64,000 bases of DNA from Pseudovirgaria hyperparasitica (lineage: Eukaryota). Of this stretch, positions 1 to 13,200 are shown one piece after another (the first letter of the stretch is position 1; each line of letters starts with the position of its first letter). The position numbers were made by a program, and so were the translations under genes. A model generated the notes under the pieces. It searched no databases and had not been told where the DNA came from. It was given only the letters and a program-made list of their open reading frames with translations. Location: NCBI GenBank assembly GCA_010093815.1, contig ML996577.1; one strand, given 5' to 3'.

Positions 1-330
1 GCAAGGCAAGACAGCACAGCACAACACAACACAAGCTATCCCCTCTCAAGCTCCCCAATCCCATCTCCCAATCAATTAAATCCCACGAACCACAAAAGAG
101 CAAAAAAACCCTGCCCGCATTCCAAACCCCCAATAGGGACTAAAATATCCAATAAAGCACCACTCACAAACAGAGAACGAAAAAACAAAACTGCCCTAGT
201 ATATCTGTATCTATATCTATATCTATATCTATATCGTATGTGCACAATCCCCGAGAGACTTGCGTTGCGTTGCGTTGCGTTGACTTGCGTTGCGTTGCAC
301 TGGCACTGGCACTGCGTTGCATCGCACCGC
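1..330. repeat. Microsatellite cluster: (GCAAG)n/(ACAGC)n/(ACAAC)n, (TATATC)n, (TTGCG)n, (TGGCAC)n
   Basis: Short tandem repeats visible at about 1-33, 200-235, 260-298 and 296-313. Confidence 0.9.
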
Positions 331-829
331 ATAGCACAGCCTCCCCGCCTGCCCGTTCAGTTCACACCGAGTGCTATAATGAGGACGTACGTGGGCGCGG
401 GGTTAGAGGGGGGGCCGGGAGGGTAGGGGCCGGGAAGGGGCTGTACCACCACCACCACGGTCACCTAACTCGACCACGACCTCGTATGCCACAATTCTCG
501 TATTCACCAATTGAATTAAATGAAGAAAATACCTTGCCTTGCCTTACCTTAATTACCTACCTACCAATAATTAGATGCAAAAGCCAGCCAGCCAGCTAGC
601 TAGACGGGTAAAGTCGCGCGGAGACCGGAGGAAATAAACACCACATCATACAACATCACATCATACCATACCATAACCACATCGTCCCACATCACATCAC
701 ACCCTAACAAACAAACCGCCGTAATAGCGAAATAAGAAAGTCCAGTCGGTTAGAAGGTCTATCATGTTTAAAAATCCTACATGTTTTGTGTAATATAATC
801 CCCTCAAAACCATTAACCAGCATCCAATT

Positions 830-910
830 GGCACTTTGGCTGAGCGGTTAAAGCGTAAGACTAGAAATCTTATCCCTTCGGGGTCGCAGGTTCGAGTCCT
901 GCAGGTGTCG
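830..910 (+). tRNA. tRNA-Ser, anticodon AGA, intronless, long variable arm
   Basis: Acceptor stem GGCACTT/AGGTGTC; D-arm TGGCTGAGCGGTTAAAGC; anticodon arm TAAGA-CT-AGA-AA-TCTTA; variable arm CCCTTCGGGG; T-arm GCAGG-TTCGAGT-CCTGC; T-rich Pol III terminator follows. Confidence 0.96.
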
Positions 911-1520
911 TATCAATTCTTTTATTTTGGGCATTTTTGTTTTCCCGTGTGGGTGTGTGTGTGGGATGATTGGGGCGCGCACAGACGCGTGGGTACGTAC
1001 CGGACTTGGTGACTGCGTAACGCTCGGGAAATGGTTAGTCCGTTATGTCTTACTTCTACACAACTATTATGATGTAATATATATATTTATTTACGTCCAA
1101 AGGTTTTCGCAAGCAGACATTATTTCATGCTTGAGTGATAGATAGATAGAAGGATGACTGAGTGATTAGGATGTTTCAGATTTGTGTTCAAAGTCTGGAT
1201 ATATTATCATATAGCATGCTATACCATGTCTACGGAGTAAATGTGTCCGACAGACATGTGCTGCTCACTTAGGGTGAGGAGGTGGTGAAGAATGTTGCAC
1301 GCTATGCTGAATCCGACATGGCATGCATACTGTACCACAGCGATATATGTAGCGATGAAGAAGATGAAGAGCTCTGCATCAATTGTTTTGTTTCTACATT
1401 CTTTGCATTTTGTTGACGGAAGATCTCTCCCGCTCGATATGTTGTTATGATAATAACAACAAACGTTGGTAGCAGGAGCGAACGCACGAGCAAAGCAGTC
1501 GTAATATCTAGGTAAGACGG

Positions 1521-3314
1521 TCAATAGACTTCCCACAGACTGACGTTGCCATCCTTTGAGCCGGCAGCGACCCAGTGCGTCAACCTGGCCTTTTCCTCCC
1601 TTGCTTGCTGGGTTTTGGAGGTCCCTTGCAGCAGGCCGCGACCTGACGGATGCACGACTTTCTGCATCACAACATCGTCGGCGGCAGCGGCAGCAGAGGG
1701 CCCGCGATCCGCATCACATATGTCATTGCGGGGTTGTTCAGAAGTACTGGAAGTGGTGTGCAGGGAGGCCACGTTTTCGCAACCGGATTCATGGTTGTGG
1801 AGAGTTTGATCGGCTGGGTCCGAACGGGCGACATGACTGGGACGAGGGTTGGTACCGAGGATGGGCGCAAAAGCAACGGCGTAGCAGCCCTGCATGTGCC
1901 ATTTGAGCACGGCGAGCTCCTTGAGGGTCTTTGCGCTGTATATGCGCACGCGGGCGTCCCATCCGGCAGTAGCTAGGATGCGGGAGTCGGAACGGACGGA
2001 GAGAGATTGGGCGCCAGAGTGGCCTGTGTTGATGGCTTTCAAGGGGGGAGAGAGGGACGGCAGGGAGGCGGGTGCGTTCTCTGCCGTGGAGGATGGTGTT
2101 GACTCGTGTGTTGTTGGGATGAATGTCGGGTGATCTGGGAGCGGATGGGAGGAGAGGTATGGATCTGCTGCCGAGGTGAAGAATGTTTTGTGCGTCAGAG
2201 AGTGGTCGATGGATAGGACTGGCTGACTGTGTGGTTTTGAGATGTAGACTGGCGTCGAGAGGTAGTGCATGCCGTTTCGTGTCAAATTGTGCACAACGAC
2301 ATGGCCGCTCTCGTAGCCGGCCAGCAACAAGACCGAAGTAGAGGTATTCACGAGCGACAATGCCATAGACATGCCTACAGAAAGACGTAATTGGAACAAG
2401 ACCAGCATGTAACGTAAGGATACAACATACCAGTGTCTGTTTTTGGTATGACGGGCACGATGCATAGACAACGTTCAGTCGGGAGTTGAAAGACGTTGAC
2501 TTCCTTATCGTTAACACCCGGGACGGCAATCAGAACCGGATCTTCGTCGATTGCCTGTCGATCTGGAGAATGCTGATCTGAAACAATAGTCTCCCGGCAC
2601 ATGGCAAAGGAGCAAAAGTTTAGAGTGTTTACAGCCAGTGAATGTTGAAGCCAAGGCTTCAGCTGATTGGAGGAGGCACCGTCAATTGGTAGGACGTTGG
2701 ATAGGCGCGGCTCATCGTTATCGCGCAGCAGCCAGACCCTGAGGCTCGAGTCACGACCATGCCTGAAACAAGTCAGCGTTACTCTGCGGCACAGTTGAGG
2801 AGGAGTGGAGGAGAAGAAGGAAAGATGCTATTTTGAAAGCAGAAAGATAGCGAATTCGGTATAGGCAAGGAAGATGCTAAGAAAAGGGCATAAGGCATGG
2901 CCCGTGCGAAGGCGCAGTGCAGCTCGACAGCCGAACAACACAGCATGTCAGTCGTAGGGCAGAAAAGAACAGAAGTGGATTAGGACAAGAGAGTAGTAGA
3001 GAGTAATTAGGTGCAAAAGGGAAAAAAGGACGGAAAAGGGAGCGGTACGTGATTATTCGATTGGCTCCCCACACGTTCGATCCAAGAATAGAAGCGTGGT
3101 GAGCAGGCCACACTGCCACAGCCCTCCTCTGGGCAACCCCCCACAACACCATCCAGCCATCACCATCACCGGTCAGCAGGCGGCTATTGTCGCGCAAGAA
3201 CTGGACAGTCTGAATCTGCGCGGCATGTCCTCGCAGAACGTAGGTAGGCTGGAGCGGTGGCTGACTAGATGATTGTTGTTCGCGCGCATGCGTGATGGTA
3301 TCTTTGGAAGCCAT
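1521..3314 (-). CDS. ASA1: ASTRA complex WD40 protein Asa1, 3 exons (introns about 3049-2763 and 2432-2375)
   Basis: N-terminal P-x-YVLRGH...LLTGD-x-DGW-x-x-LW, HGRD, NTLNFCSF, LAGYESG, LATAGWDARVRIYS-x-KTLKELAVLKWH and terminal HWVAAGSKDG-x-VSLWEVY are typical of Asa1; GT/AG junctions restore the frame. Confidence 0.88.
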
Positions 3315-4881
3315 GTATGTATGTGTGGATGTGGACGGACAGGACAGGACCCCAGTATGCAGCAGAGGGCATCGTCATGAAGAGCGCTGCGATCAAGGAA
3401 TGGACGCGCGGAGTTGCGCGGATAAAGCTAAAGGGAGATGTTTGACATGGCGTCTATAAAGTGAATGTGACGATGTTGGATGATGGAGATGCAGATGGAG
3501 ATGAAGAGTCGGAGTGGTAGGACAGGCGGTAGTTTCAGGTTGTTTGTTGTCTATGAGAGAACCTCTACAGGCAGCCCGGAGCGATCCATCTGGGCGGCGG
3601 CGGGCAGTCCAAACGGGTAGGAATTCGACCAGCAAACAGCGAACAGCAGCCCGCAAACGGCCATCAACAGCCCGCGAATTAGTGGGTGATCGGGGGGAGT
3701 CATGCCCCGGCAGTTAGGCTGGCTGAGGGGCTGGTGAAGAGACGCCAGTCCGGCACATCTAGCATCCCTGGATAATAGTCCTTGCTTGCAGTGAATGTAT
3801 CCAACATCCAAAACATCACTCTGTCAACTCCATCATCATCATCATTGCCATCTCTCCCCTTCCATTCACGATGTATCCTTGCATCCCAATCTGCCATGGT
3901 AATAATCATAATCATCCTCCGATATGGCAATGCTTGAAGCTCGTCGACCCATCGTCTACCCTGGTCACATCCTGATTGAATATCCACTCCTGATGATTAC
4001 GTCAAGTCCATCAATTATCCAATACATGCGGAAGAAGTACCATCCGTTGGTAAGTGGTGAGTCTCCTACTCCTGACAACTCATTTTCTACAGTATGTGTG
4101 ATCCCCAAGCCAGACACGGCCAGTCGCTTGGTGCGTACATTTGAGCCCAGCCAGCGTAGCGGATCATGAGATGCCAGTCCCGAGTCACACGACAGAGTTG
4201 AGGCTGCTGTCACGCTGTCACGTATGGATAGCCCCTGTATATCGAATATCTATTTCAGCGTGCACATGTGTTGATTCAGGTCAGACTGAGACGGCCGTCT
4301 GCCCCACCAGTCTCTCTCTATAAGCGCTGCGGCATTGTTTCGGAGTGGTTTGGAGCTGCAGTGATGGAGGCTTAGGTGATGGAGTGATGTGATGTGGATG
4401 TGAGTGAGCAGTCAGGTATGTGTGCAGGGAAGTAGGAGTAGGCAAGACGTGCAGGCACCAATAGCAACGGCAAAGAACAATGAAGAGCCTTCGATGAGCA
4501 GCAGTAGAGGAGAGCATGATGGCATGTTTCCCGGTCCTCTGGAGTAGACAAGGGACAAGGCTGGCCAATCTGACAGCTTCGCCCAAAAACAATGATGCCA
4601 GCCAGCTATCTATCCATGGTGAGTTATTTTGGGAATTGCAGTGTCCGGGGGGTGGAGGGGGGGGAGCTTAGTATGCTGCAATCCATCCTTCACACCCACC
4701 ACCACCAGCACCACCACCACTACTACCATCTTGCACCGATCGAGGTGCTTGTAGTAGTCTTGTAATAGAGTGTGGGTTTAGTCAGATGCAGACGATGCAG
4801 ACGCAGACGCAGACGCAGCTGCACGCCAGCACCACGGCAGACAAAAGACTGATGCTGAGTGGGCGGAGGGATGGTGAAGGA

Positions 4882-4890
4882 GGGGGAGGG

Positions 4891-4924
<34 letters not shown>
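4882..4924. repeat. Poly-G / G-run tract (G-quadruplex-capable)
   Basis: GGGGGAGGGGGA followed by about 30 uninterrupted G. Confidence 0.9.
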
Positions 4925-4927
<3 letters not shown>

Positions 4928-7055
4928 CCCTGCGATCACCATTCCACTGTTCGGTGCCGCGCTGGCGGCTCGCAGCTTTTCTTCCGTGATGCGCATACAC
5001 TTCAGCATGCCATCTATTACTATCACACACACATACACACATACACAAACCTACTACTTGTGAGCAATAATTGGAAGCATCCTCGGCACGCACAAAAAAA
5101 ACCCTACTTTAGTACGCTGCATGCAAGACGCTGCAACAGCCCCCCCTCTGCTCACGCTTGATACTCTCGTTTGGGACTGGACACGGTGGGCTGTGTATAT
5201 CGGGAACCTACTGCTACTCTTCCATACGGCTTTAATATTAGGATGCTTCTCTGTCCATGATACCTTTCCCCTCTCATTGTTCCCGCACTACATCAACATC
5301 TGCACCAACATCAATTGACTAATTCGCCAGAAGACCCTCTATCAAATATCCGACCATCTTCCGTATAGGATCAGCGCGAATTGCTCCTAGACGTTCGAGA
5401 ACCCATCGAGAACAAGCTTAAGGGACTAGCTCAAGGCACATACCGTCCAACCGACACAGCGTGTACCTGATCGATTCTCCGCCTGTCCAATCTGCGGTGC
5501 GGGCCAATCTGAATACATACGCAATTCATCGCCAATCACTCATTGGCCACGCAGCAAACACAGCTGTTCAATCTCGCGACCGTCATAGCTGTTGCATCGT
5601 TCCCTCACAAACAATACGACTCCTTGCAGAACGAACGCAGCTCCGTGTCACAACAGCCCTGCCGGGTCATCATCCTCGCACCTCGCAGTGCCTATACTTG
5701 CCCTCTGCTTTTGTGTGTGCGCCTGTCGAGGCTCAAAGAGTGCTCCTTGGCCATAAGCTGGAAAGGGAGAAGGAAAGGTCGAGGTAATTTAGGAAGTCGA
5801 AGCATCCGTCTTTCGCTGGAAGCAGCCTAGAACTCTCGACAAATCGACAGTGTTAAAGCTGCGTTGGCCCAGACCGAGTCCAGCAGCAACAGCAGCTTGC
5901 CCTAACGTTAAGCTGCATACAAACGACTGCTCCAGAATCCTAACCCTCCCTGCGTCTCCGTCCGCCCCCTCTCCACCCACCGCCTTCACTCGGACTGCTA
6001 GGACTCCTGAGACAAGATAGCAGACTGCGCAAGTCCACGATCTACAACAGGAAGATTGTGCTGCCATCAGCGAGCTGTCGTCGGGACAGAAAAGAGTTGC
6101 AGAAGGTTGTGGTTGTGTGTGTGTTGTAAGTGTGTCTTGGCCGATCGCCTTAAACTCCTCCGCACTCCACACCACGCGCTCTCGCCTCAGCTTTCCCCGC
6201 CGCCGTCATTCCGCATCCGGCCTAGCTCATTGCTCGTGCCTGCTCAGTCCCAGTGCTGCAGGTGGGAAAAGAAAGTGAAGCAGAGCTAAAATCGATTAAA
6301 TTACTTACGTGAACGCGCGCTGAGCTGGTTCCGCCTCGGTGGTGCTGTAATTATCTTCGTTCCATTCTTCGTCTTCGTCTTCTTCTTCTTTCTTTCTACC
6401 AAACGAGAGAGGCCTGCTCGTCCCTCTTCCTGTAAGCTCTTCAAGAGCTTCAGGTTACGGCTTTGTTGCCTTCGCTCAATCTTTTCTCTCCATTCCCGCC
6501 CTCCGTCGTTCCGATCCTCTGCGCCCAGGCGTCATCATTCACCCTGCACCGTACCACCCCCGCGACCCTACTACATCCGGCTATTCGATCCTCCGTTTTG
6601 TATAGACTTTCTCCCGTATACGAACCCCTGCGAGATAATTACCAGGATTCTCCACGAATGCGGCCATCTGAAGATATATCCTCCATCAGGTTCGCGCCCC
6701 CACAACACTCTTCACTTCCTGCTACTATCGCCAAAACACCTCCGCAGTCGTCATCGTGGCTACGTCAATTGACATTCAGGGTTATTATCAACCCACCGTG
6801 GAGTACTTTTACACCACAAACTATTACAACCCACCCACAAATATATCCGCTGTGACGACTCCAGATCTGACATACGCGAGCGACCACACAAATCAATTGC
6901 CTCGAGGGCGCAGCGCGAGCACAGTCTCGAGCTTTGCTCTTCCAGCTGCGCCAAACCCGGTTCCGGTTCGGGGAGGAGGCCACAAAAACCGGAAAACGTC
7001 ATCTGCCGGCGTAAAAAAGAGCTCGGTTTCACATAATCGTCGTCAGTCGGGTGCG

Positions 7056-9230
7056 ATGGCAGACAACGACCGTGGAGGCGCAGCTTCTGCTCCGGGCGGC
7101 GATGCGCAGGCTTCTAAGAAACCGAAGCGTGTACGGACAGGCTGTCTGACGTGCAGAGAACGACATCTGAAGTGTGACGAAGGATTGCCTAATTGTCAAA
7201 ACTGCACAAAGTCGAATCGAACTTGCAAGCGCGGTGTACGCCTGAACTTTATCGACACGAAATGCGAGGCGATTCCAATCATTCCACAAGCGCAGGACTG
7301 GACTGTCCAATTCCTTGACGAGTCCCGGGACATCGCGTCTGAGTATAAAGGCGGGCTCAGCAAGTATAGCTTGCCAGAGACAGAGCCTGTCACTGCCCTC
7401 ACTCATGATGCTCCATTCGACTTTTCCACGAACAATACACTACCCGCTCCCACAGTCGCACATCAACCTTTACCACCAATCCAAGGCATCCTTCCTGAGC
7501 CTTATCAGGAAGATCAGTCTCAGCAGTTAAGTTGGGAACAGCCGAGGCACCCTCAGCATCACCCTGCGCCCTCAAACACGGAATCGACTTACTCACATAC
7601 CCCCCTTACAAACCTACCACAGTCTGCCTACAGCGTCGCCGATCGAACAGTTGCCCCAGCTGATGAAACTAGAGACTACCTCACGTCGCAAGACGAAGTT
7701 CTGTATATGCAAGTCTTTGTCGAAGAAGTGGGCCTGTGGATGGACAGCATGGATCCGCAAAAACATGTACGCCCTCACTGCTACCCAGTTGCATGATCAC
7801 TCCAGCTAACAAGTGCCCGTAGTTCTCGCGGCTGTTGCCTTTTCACTCATTACATGAGCCGATGTTACTCAATGCGTTCCTTGCATGTGGTGCACGACAT
7901 CTGACACTTGTCAACGCAAAGTACAGTGAAGACAAAGCGCTGCATTTCTACGATACCGCAACGAGATATCTACTTAATTCGCTCCAAAATCCAAACCGCA
8001 ACACCATCATCTGTGCCACCACAGCCGTCATCCTGAACGTCTATGAGATCATGTGCGAGAAGGCTCTCCAGCGTATGAACCACATTGCCGGTGCCCGTGC
8101 TTTGATCAAAGAGTGCGGATGGAACGCAAAGTCAACTGGTGTTGGCGCTGCGTGCTTCTGGCTGAACGTTGGCATGGAGCTGCTCAGTTGTTTGCACTTT
8201 AATTGGCAGGTCGCATGGGATCCAGATGACTGGGGTGTCGATATGGACTTCCACCGGGAGACCGAACCTGGTCGCGAGGAGATCTGGACACATCGTATTG
8301 TGTATATTGTTGCCAAGATCTGTAACTTTCGCTCCTCGATCCCCAGATACCAGGACTCCTCTCCGCATAACGAACAGATGCGTTTGCAGAGCAGGTACAG
8401 TGAATGGAGGAAGCTAAAGGATTGGTGTGATGCTTGGAACGACAACATTCCAAGAACCATGCATCCAATGGCTTATCTCCATCCTGGGCAGACGATATCC
8501 CAATCGGCCTTTCCCGAAGTCTGGCTGATCAAGCGCGCCACAATCGTTGCTCGATTGTTCTACCATACAGCCATGGTGTTGATGGCCCAGATCAACCCAC
8601 TGATGCCGGTTGAATCCAACGAGATGCACGAATTACAAAATCGGCATTCACAACAAGTCTGCGGCATAGTTGCTCACGTCAAGGACAGGTTGGTGACAGA
8701 CCCTTTCATTCGTTTTCAGTACAAAGTCATCCTCGCAGTCATTCCTAACATAGCCCAGGGGTGTCGCCAGCGTCGCTCTTCGCTCTCTTGCCATTGCCGC
8801 CGAGTGCCTTACGACTCGTCAAGAGCAGGAGGAGGTCCTGCAGATTTTCACCAAGATTCGTAAGGAAACCGGCTGGAACGTTGGATTCGTGTACAAAGAG
8901 CTCAAGGAGAAGTGGGGTTGGAACGCGGAGACGTCGCCATCCCAAGCCCAGCCCCCTCGGCAGACACCTCCAACTCATCACACACAGCCATCACCACATC
9001 TCACCATGCCAATATCATATCCATCGTCGAGCACAGGTCCAGTGTTGACACTTCAGCCTTCGACCTCGATGTCTTCCGCTCCAAATCAAACACGTCGCCG
9101 TCCTCAGCCGGGCATTCTCAATCCAATCTTATCACACGCCGATTTCACCATGCCGCACCATCCCTACCAAAGCCATTACGTGGCACCAAACCCACTTTTG
9201 AATTCATCTCAGTCTCAACAATTTTTTTGA
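7056..9230 (+). CDS. Zn2Cys6 transcription factor with C-terminal fungal TF domain; introns 7767-7822 and 8689-8758; start may lie upstream (non-AUG, see findings)
   Basis: RVRTGCLTCRERHLKCDEGLPNCQNCTKSNRTC fits C-x2-C-x6-C-x6-C-x2-C-x6-C; splicing joins ORFs 6756, 7835 and 8889 in frame; first in-frame ATG at 7056. Confidence 0.9.
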
Positions 9231-10202
9231 TCTCTTACTCATAGCGATACGGTTGGAGATTCCTGGCATGTTCGCATACGACGGCGTTTTTATCGGCCTG
9301 AACGAGTACGATAGCTTGGCAGGCTACGGAAAAGATCAATACTGTAATGACTGGTCATATTGGGAGCCTGCAGGTACATGTTCATCAGTTTCATTGCTAC
9401 GTTTTCTTTTTTCTTTTTTTTTCATTCAGCTCGGCTCAGAGTTCGTTGTAGACTTTCATTGGCTGTCTAGATCTCTTTCGTGCTACGATTTTTTTTAAAC
9501 AGAAATACTTTTCCATTTGTCTATATATCTTTTCAAATTATGGTACGACTTCCTGAGCGTGTTGTGTTTTATCTTTCTTCTTCATCTTCTCTGTATCATT
9601 AAGTTATATCGACGCGTGAAGGCACTGGCATGGTGTCTGGTACTGGTACTGTTTAATGTCTTCTCGCGTCGATGAACGCCATTTCGGTTCTGTCTGCTGC
9701 ATTTATAGATACACTGTTTGGGGAGGTTTTGAATATCTGTCATCTTGGAGGCGGCAGGCCCTGCACAATCTTATGGAAGGATGGTAGGGTTTAAAGTCGG
9801 AGCATTGGGCGGCAGGCGTTATCTGCCGGGGAAAGCTTTTTTTGGGGGGGTTGCGACAAAGGACGACGTCGACGCATTGTACATGACGGGGGCTGCGTGT
9901 GAGTAGCATAGAAATGATACCAAGATACCTGATTCAATAATTGAATTACATTTACTGAAAGTTTCTCCTTTGAGTGAGGCCAAGAAAATAGAAAATATGT
10001 TTCACTTTTGGAGCGAATCTTACTAACCCTACCTACCATGTAGAATCAAAACCGATCTGACGATTCGCATGCTGTGCGACCGAACCCCCAAAGGGCTGAC
10101 CACTTAGGTTCTATCAATCCTATTTACTACTCACTACTCACTACTTAGTATCTACTATTCACTATCTACTCTTCACTACCAACTACCTCCTCTTGTAAGG
10201 CT

Positions 10203-10243
10203 ACCACCACCACCACCACCACCACCACCACCACCACCACCAA
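10203..10243. repeat. (CAC)n trinucleotide microsatellite just downstream of the VPS15 stop
   Basis: About 12 copies seen directly. Confidence 0.9.
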
Positions 10244-10249
10244 CAGGCC

Positions 10250-13200
10250 CTACTGCCAAACATACGTAAACCCAGCCCGATCACACGACACCACCATCCC
10301 ATACGGCCACTCCACCAGCGCCACATCCATAATCTCATCCAAATGGCTCTGCAACAAATGCTGCTGCTGCACACTCACCACGCCCGTCTTGCCCGTCTTG
10401 CCCGTCCCTGTTCCCGTTCCCGTGCCCGTCTTCTTCCCCTTCCTCTCCTCACTACTAATACCACTACCACCAGCACGACCCCCAGCCTTCTCCACCACAA
10501 CAACCGTCTCCCCGACCCCGACCGTCCCTCCTATACTCCCCTCTGCCCTCCGCACTTCATACGCGGGCTTCCCCTCTTCGTATTCCAGGCCGCTGATGAC
10601 AGAACTGGTATTCCCACTCCCCGCCACGCCAGCGCCAGGATCCACACGTGTGCCGTCCCAGAAGCGGACTTTCCAGTCTGGGCCTGCGCTGATGACGAAG
10701 AAGCCCTTGGGCTCACTGCTACTACTACTACCACTGCTGCTGTCAGCAGGGACATGTGCGCCGACGGCGATTGCGCGTACACCGCTGCTGGTGCTGCTGG
10801 TGCTGTTGTTGTTACTGCTGGTGCTTGAAGGCGCGGGCTCGACGGAGCCGGCGAAGCGGCCTAGCATGCCGCCGGGGCGTTCGTCGTCGATGTCGATGAG
10901 TTCTGGGGCGCGGAGGGCGGTGGATTTGGAAGTGGTGGGGGTGGAGATGGCGGGGGTGGAGCCAGGGCTCGGGGATGGATGGGGGTGAGCGGCGGCGCGG
11001 AAGACGAGGGAGCAGGTGCGTTTGTCGAGGTCCCAGACGGAGATGTCTGTGGGGCCGGAGCCGCCGGCGATGATGATGCGGCGGGCGGCCTTTGAGGAGC
11101 GGGAAGAGGGAGAGGAGGAGGGAGGGGAGGGGTAGAGGCAGATGCGGTTGATGGGGAGGGCGGCACGGAGACCCCAGGCGCGGAGGCGGAGTTTGAAGCG
11201 CAGGTCCCAGAGGACGAGGACGCCGTGGGAGGTGCCGGCGAGGAGCCAGAGGCGTCTGCGGTCGAGGACGAAGGCGGAGAGGGAGCCGTGGTGGAGCGGG
11301 TTTCTGAGCTCGTAGAGGAGGGCCATGGTGCGGAGTTCGAGGGCGAGGATGCGGGAGGCGGAGGTGGCGAGGATGAGGATGGAGTGGGCGTCGAGTTTGT
11401 AGTGTTCGGACCAGGTGGTGTGTTCGTTGGGGGTGTCGAGTTGGTATTCGCGCAGGACGAGGATCTTGCCGTAGCGGGTGGTGTCTTTGATCTTGGTGAC
11501 GGGGATCTTGAGGATGGTGATGCTGCCGTCGGAGCCGGAGACGGCGAGGCAGTGGGTGTTTTCGAGGAAGCAGAGGCTTGTGACGGCGGCGCCGGGGGAG
11601 AGCGTGTAGGTGAGGCGGGACCGGTGGGTGAGGTTGCGTTCGAGGCGTTCCGTGTCCCAGATCTTGACGGACCCGTCCGCGGAGCCGGTGACGAGGAAGA
11701 CGTGGTCTGGCGATACGGCGAGGCGGGTCACTGCTGCGGTGTGCTCGCCTAGCATGGCAACGAGCACGCCTTCGGGACGCCAAGGGGTGTTGCTGGTTTG
11801 ACCTGTGTCGCGACGGATGGGTTGCCGCATGCTGAAGTTGGCGACGGTAGGGCCGAATTCTGTGTAGTCTACCGGGTAGTTCTCCAAGAAGAGCGTGTCG
11901 AGCAGCTTCAGTATACTTGGGTCATGCCCGGTATATGAATGCGCTGACTGGTATCTGATCGTTTTCGGGTCGATCTTGTTGCGTTCCTGGGCGATCGCGA
12001 GAGGCGGAGAGGCAGCTCGACGTCTTGTTGATGCGTCCCGCGACGAACCTCCATCGACTTTGCCGAATGCATTGGCTGATGTTGTCGATGTTTCGGCATA
12101 GGCTTTGCTCCCCAAGTCCCCTCGACTCAGGAGACTGATGGCACTGCCCTTGTACCAAATCCCAAGACCGTTCTCACCAAGTTTGATGGTACCTACAGAG
12201 CCTACTGGAGACTGTTCAATTGGTGAGGCCTGGCTACGGGACTTGCGCATTTGCACAGACTCGCGTCGACTACCTTCGTCGGTGGAAGGCTCGTCTGTAG
12301 GGATTGGTGAGGTCGCTTGCATGGATGTGTCTGAGGCACGCCGCTTGCGATCCTCTCGCGCAAGTCTTTCTGCACGACTGTTGATATGTGAGGCTCTCCT
12401 ATGCGCCAGCGGGTCTTCTGCATTGGTGGATGCATCCAGCAAAGCATCTGTGATCGTCCGCGGACCCTTATCGTCGTGTTGTTTCGCGCTATTGCCTTCT
12501 TCGAAAGCCTTGTTAATTTCATCAAAGAAAACTGTTTGAAGGTTGATCTTGAGATCGTCAATGAGATTTATGACGCGATTGAACTGTGTAGGTTCGTCTT
12601 CGAATTCTGGCTTCGCTCTCCGATGAGACACGCGCCATATGTACTCCCGCAAAGCGAGAAGTTTGACCTCGTCTTCAACTGACATGGCTGCATTTCGCAG
12701 GCGTGTGAGCCATTGCTCATCTTCCTCGTTCTTTTGCATGCGGCTCAAAGCCTGTGGCCCAAGATCTTTCGCAGATACCGTGGGTATAGTTTCATCCGCA
12801 GATCCAAAAACGAATGTCTTCTGTTGCCTCGCATGAGCCCAGAAGAGACCTTTGTCTGCAGTCAGGGCCCAATTCGAGGCCATCTCAAGTACAAGCCTTG
12901 GTAGTGGCTTTTTCAACGCGTCGAGTAGCCGTGATTCGGAGAGATCAGAAGGAAGAACTTTGAGATAAGGCTTTATCAGTGGAACTACTATGCAGTGGCT
13001 GTCTGCGACTGAGAGATAGGTGGTGGCAGCAGAGACAAACTGCGCTGCTGCTTCGCGTATCCAGGGGTTTGGATGCATGGTGAACCGCGCAACAACATCG
13101 ACCAGTTCCCACGTCTTGGACTTTTGGAACAACCCCAGCTCGGCCATAGACGATAGCGATCTAAGGGCCCGCTCCACAACGAATTCTTCCGGATCAGTCA

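Noticed and set aside
1440..1461. 9-bp hairpin TGTTGTTAT-GATA-ATAACAACA downstream of the ASA1 TGA (SECIS or terminator?)
   Set aside because: Short AT-rich stem with no SECIS core; the protein already ends at the conserved family terminus
3924..4340. Small ORFs on both strands (81-82 aa, and MPQRL* in good context)
   Set aside because: No recognisable motif or consistent exon chain, so not called as CDS
10343..11783. Long alternative-frame and antisense ORFs over the VPS15 3' end
   Set aside because: Shadow ORFs caused by extreme GC content and low complexity; the translations are R/P/G-rich with no motifs
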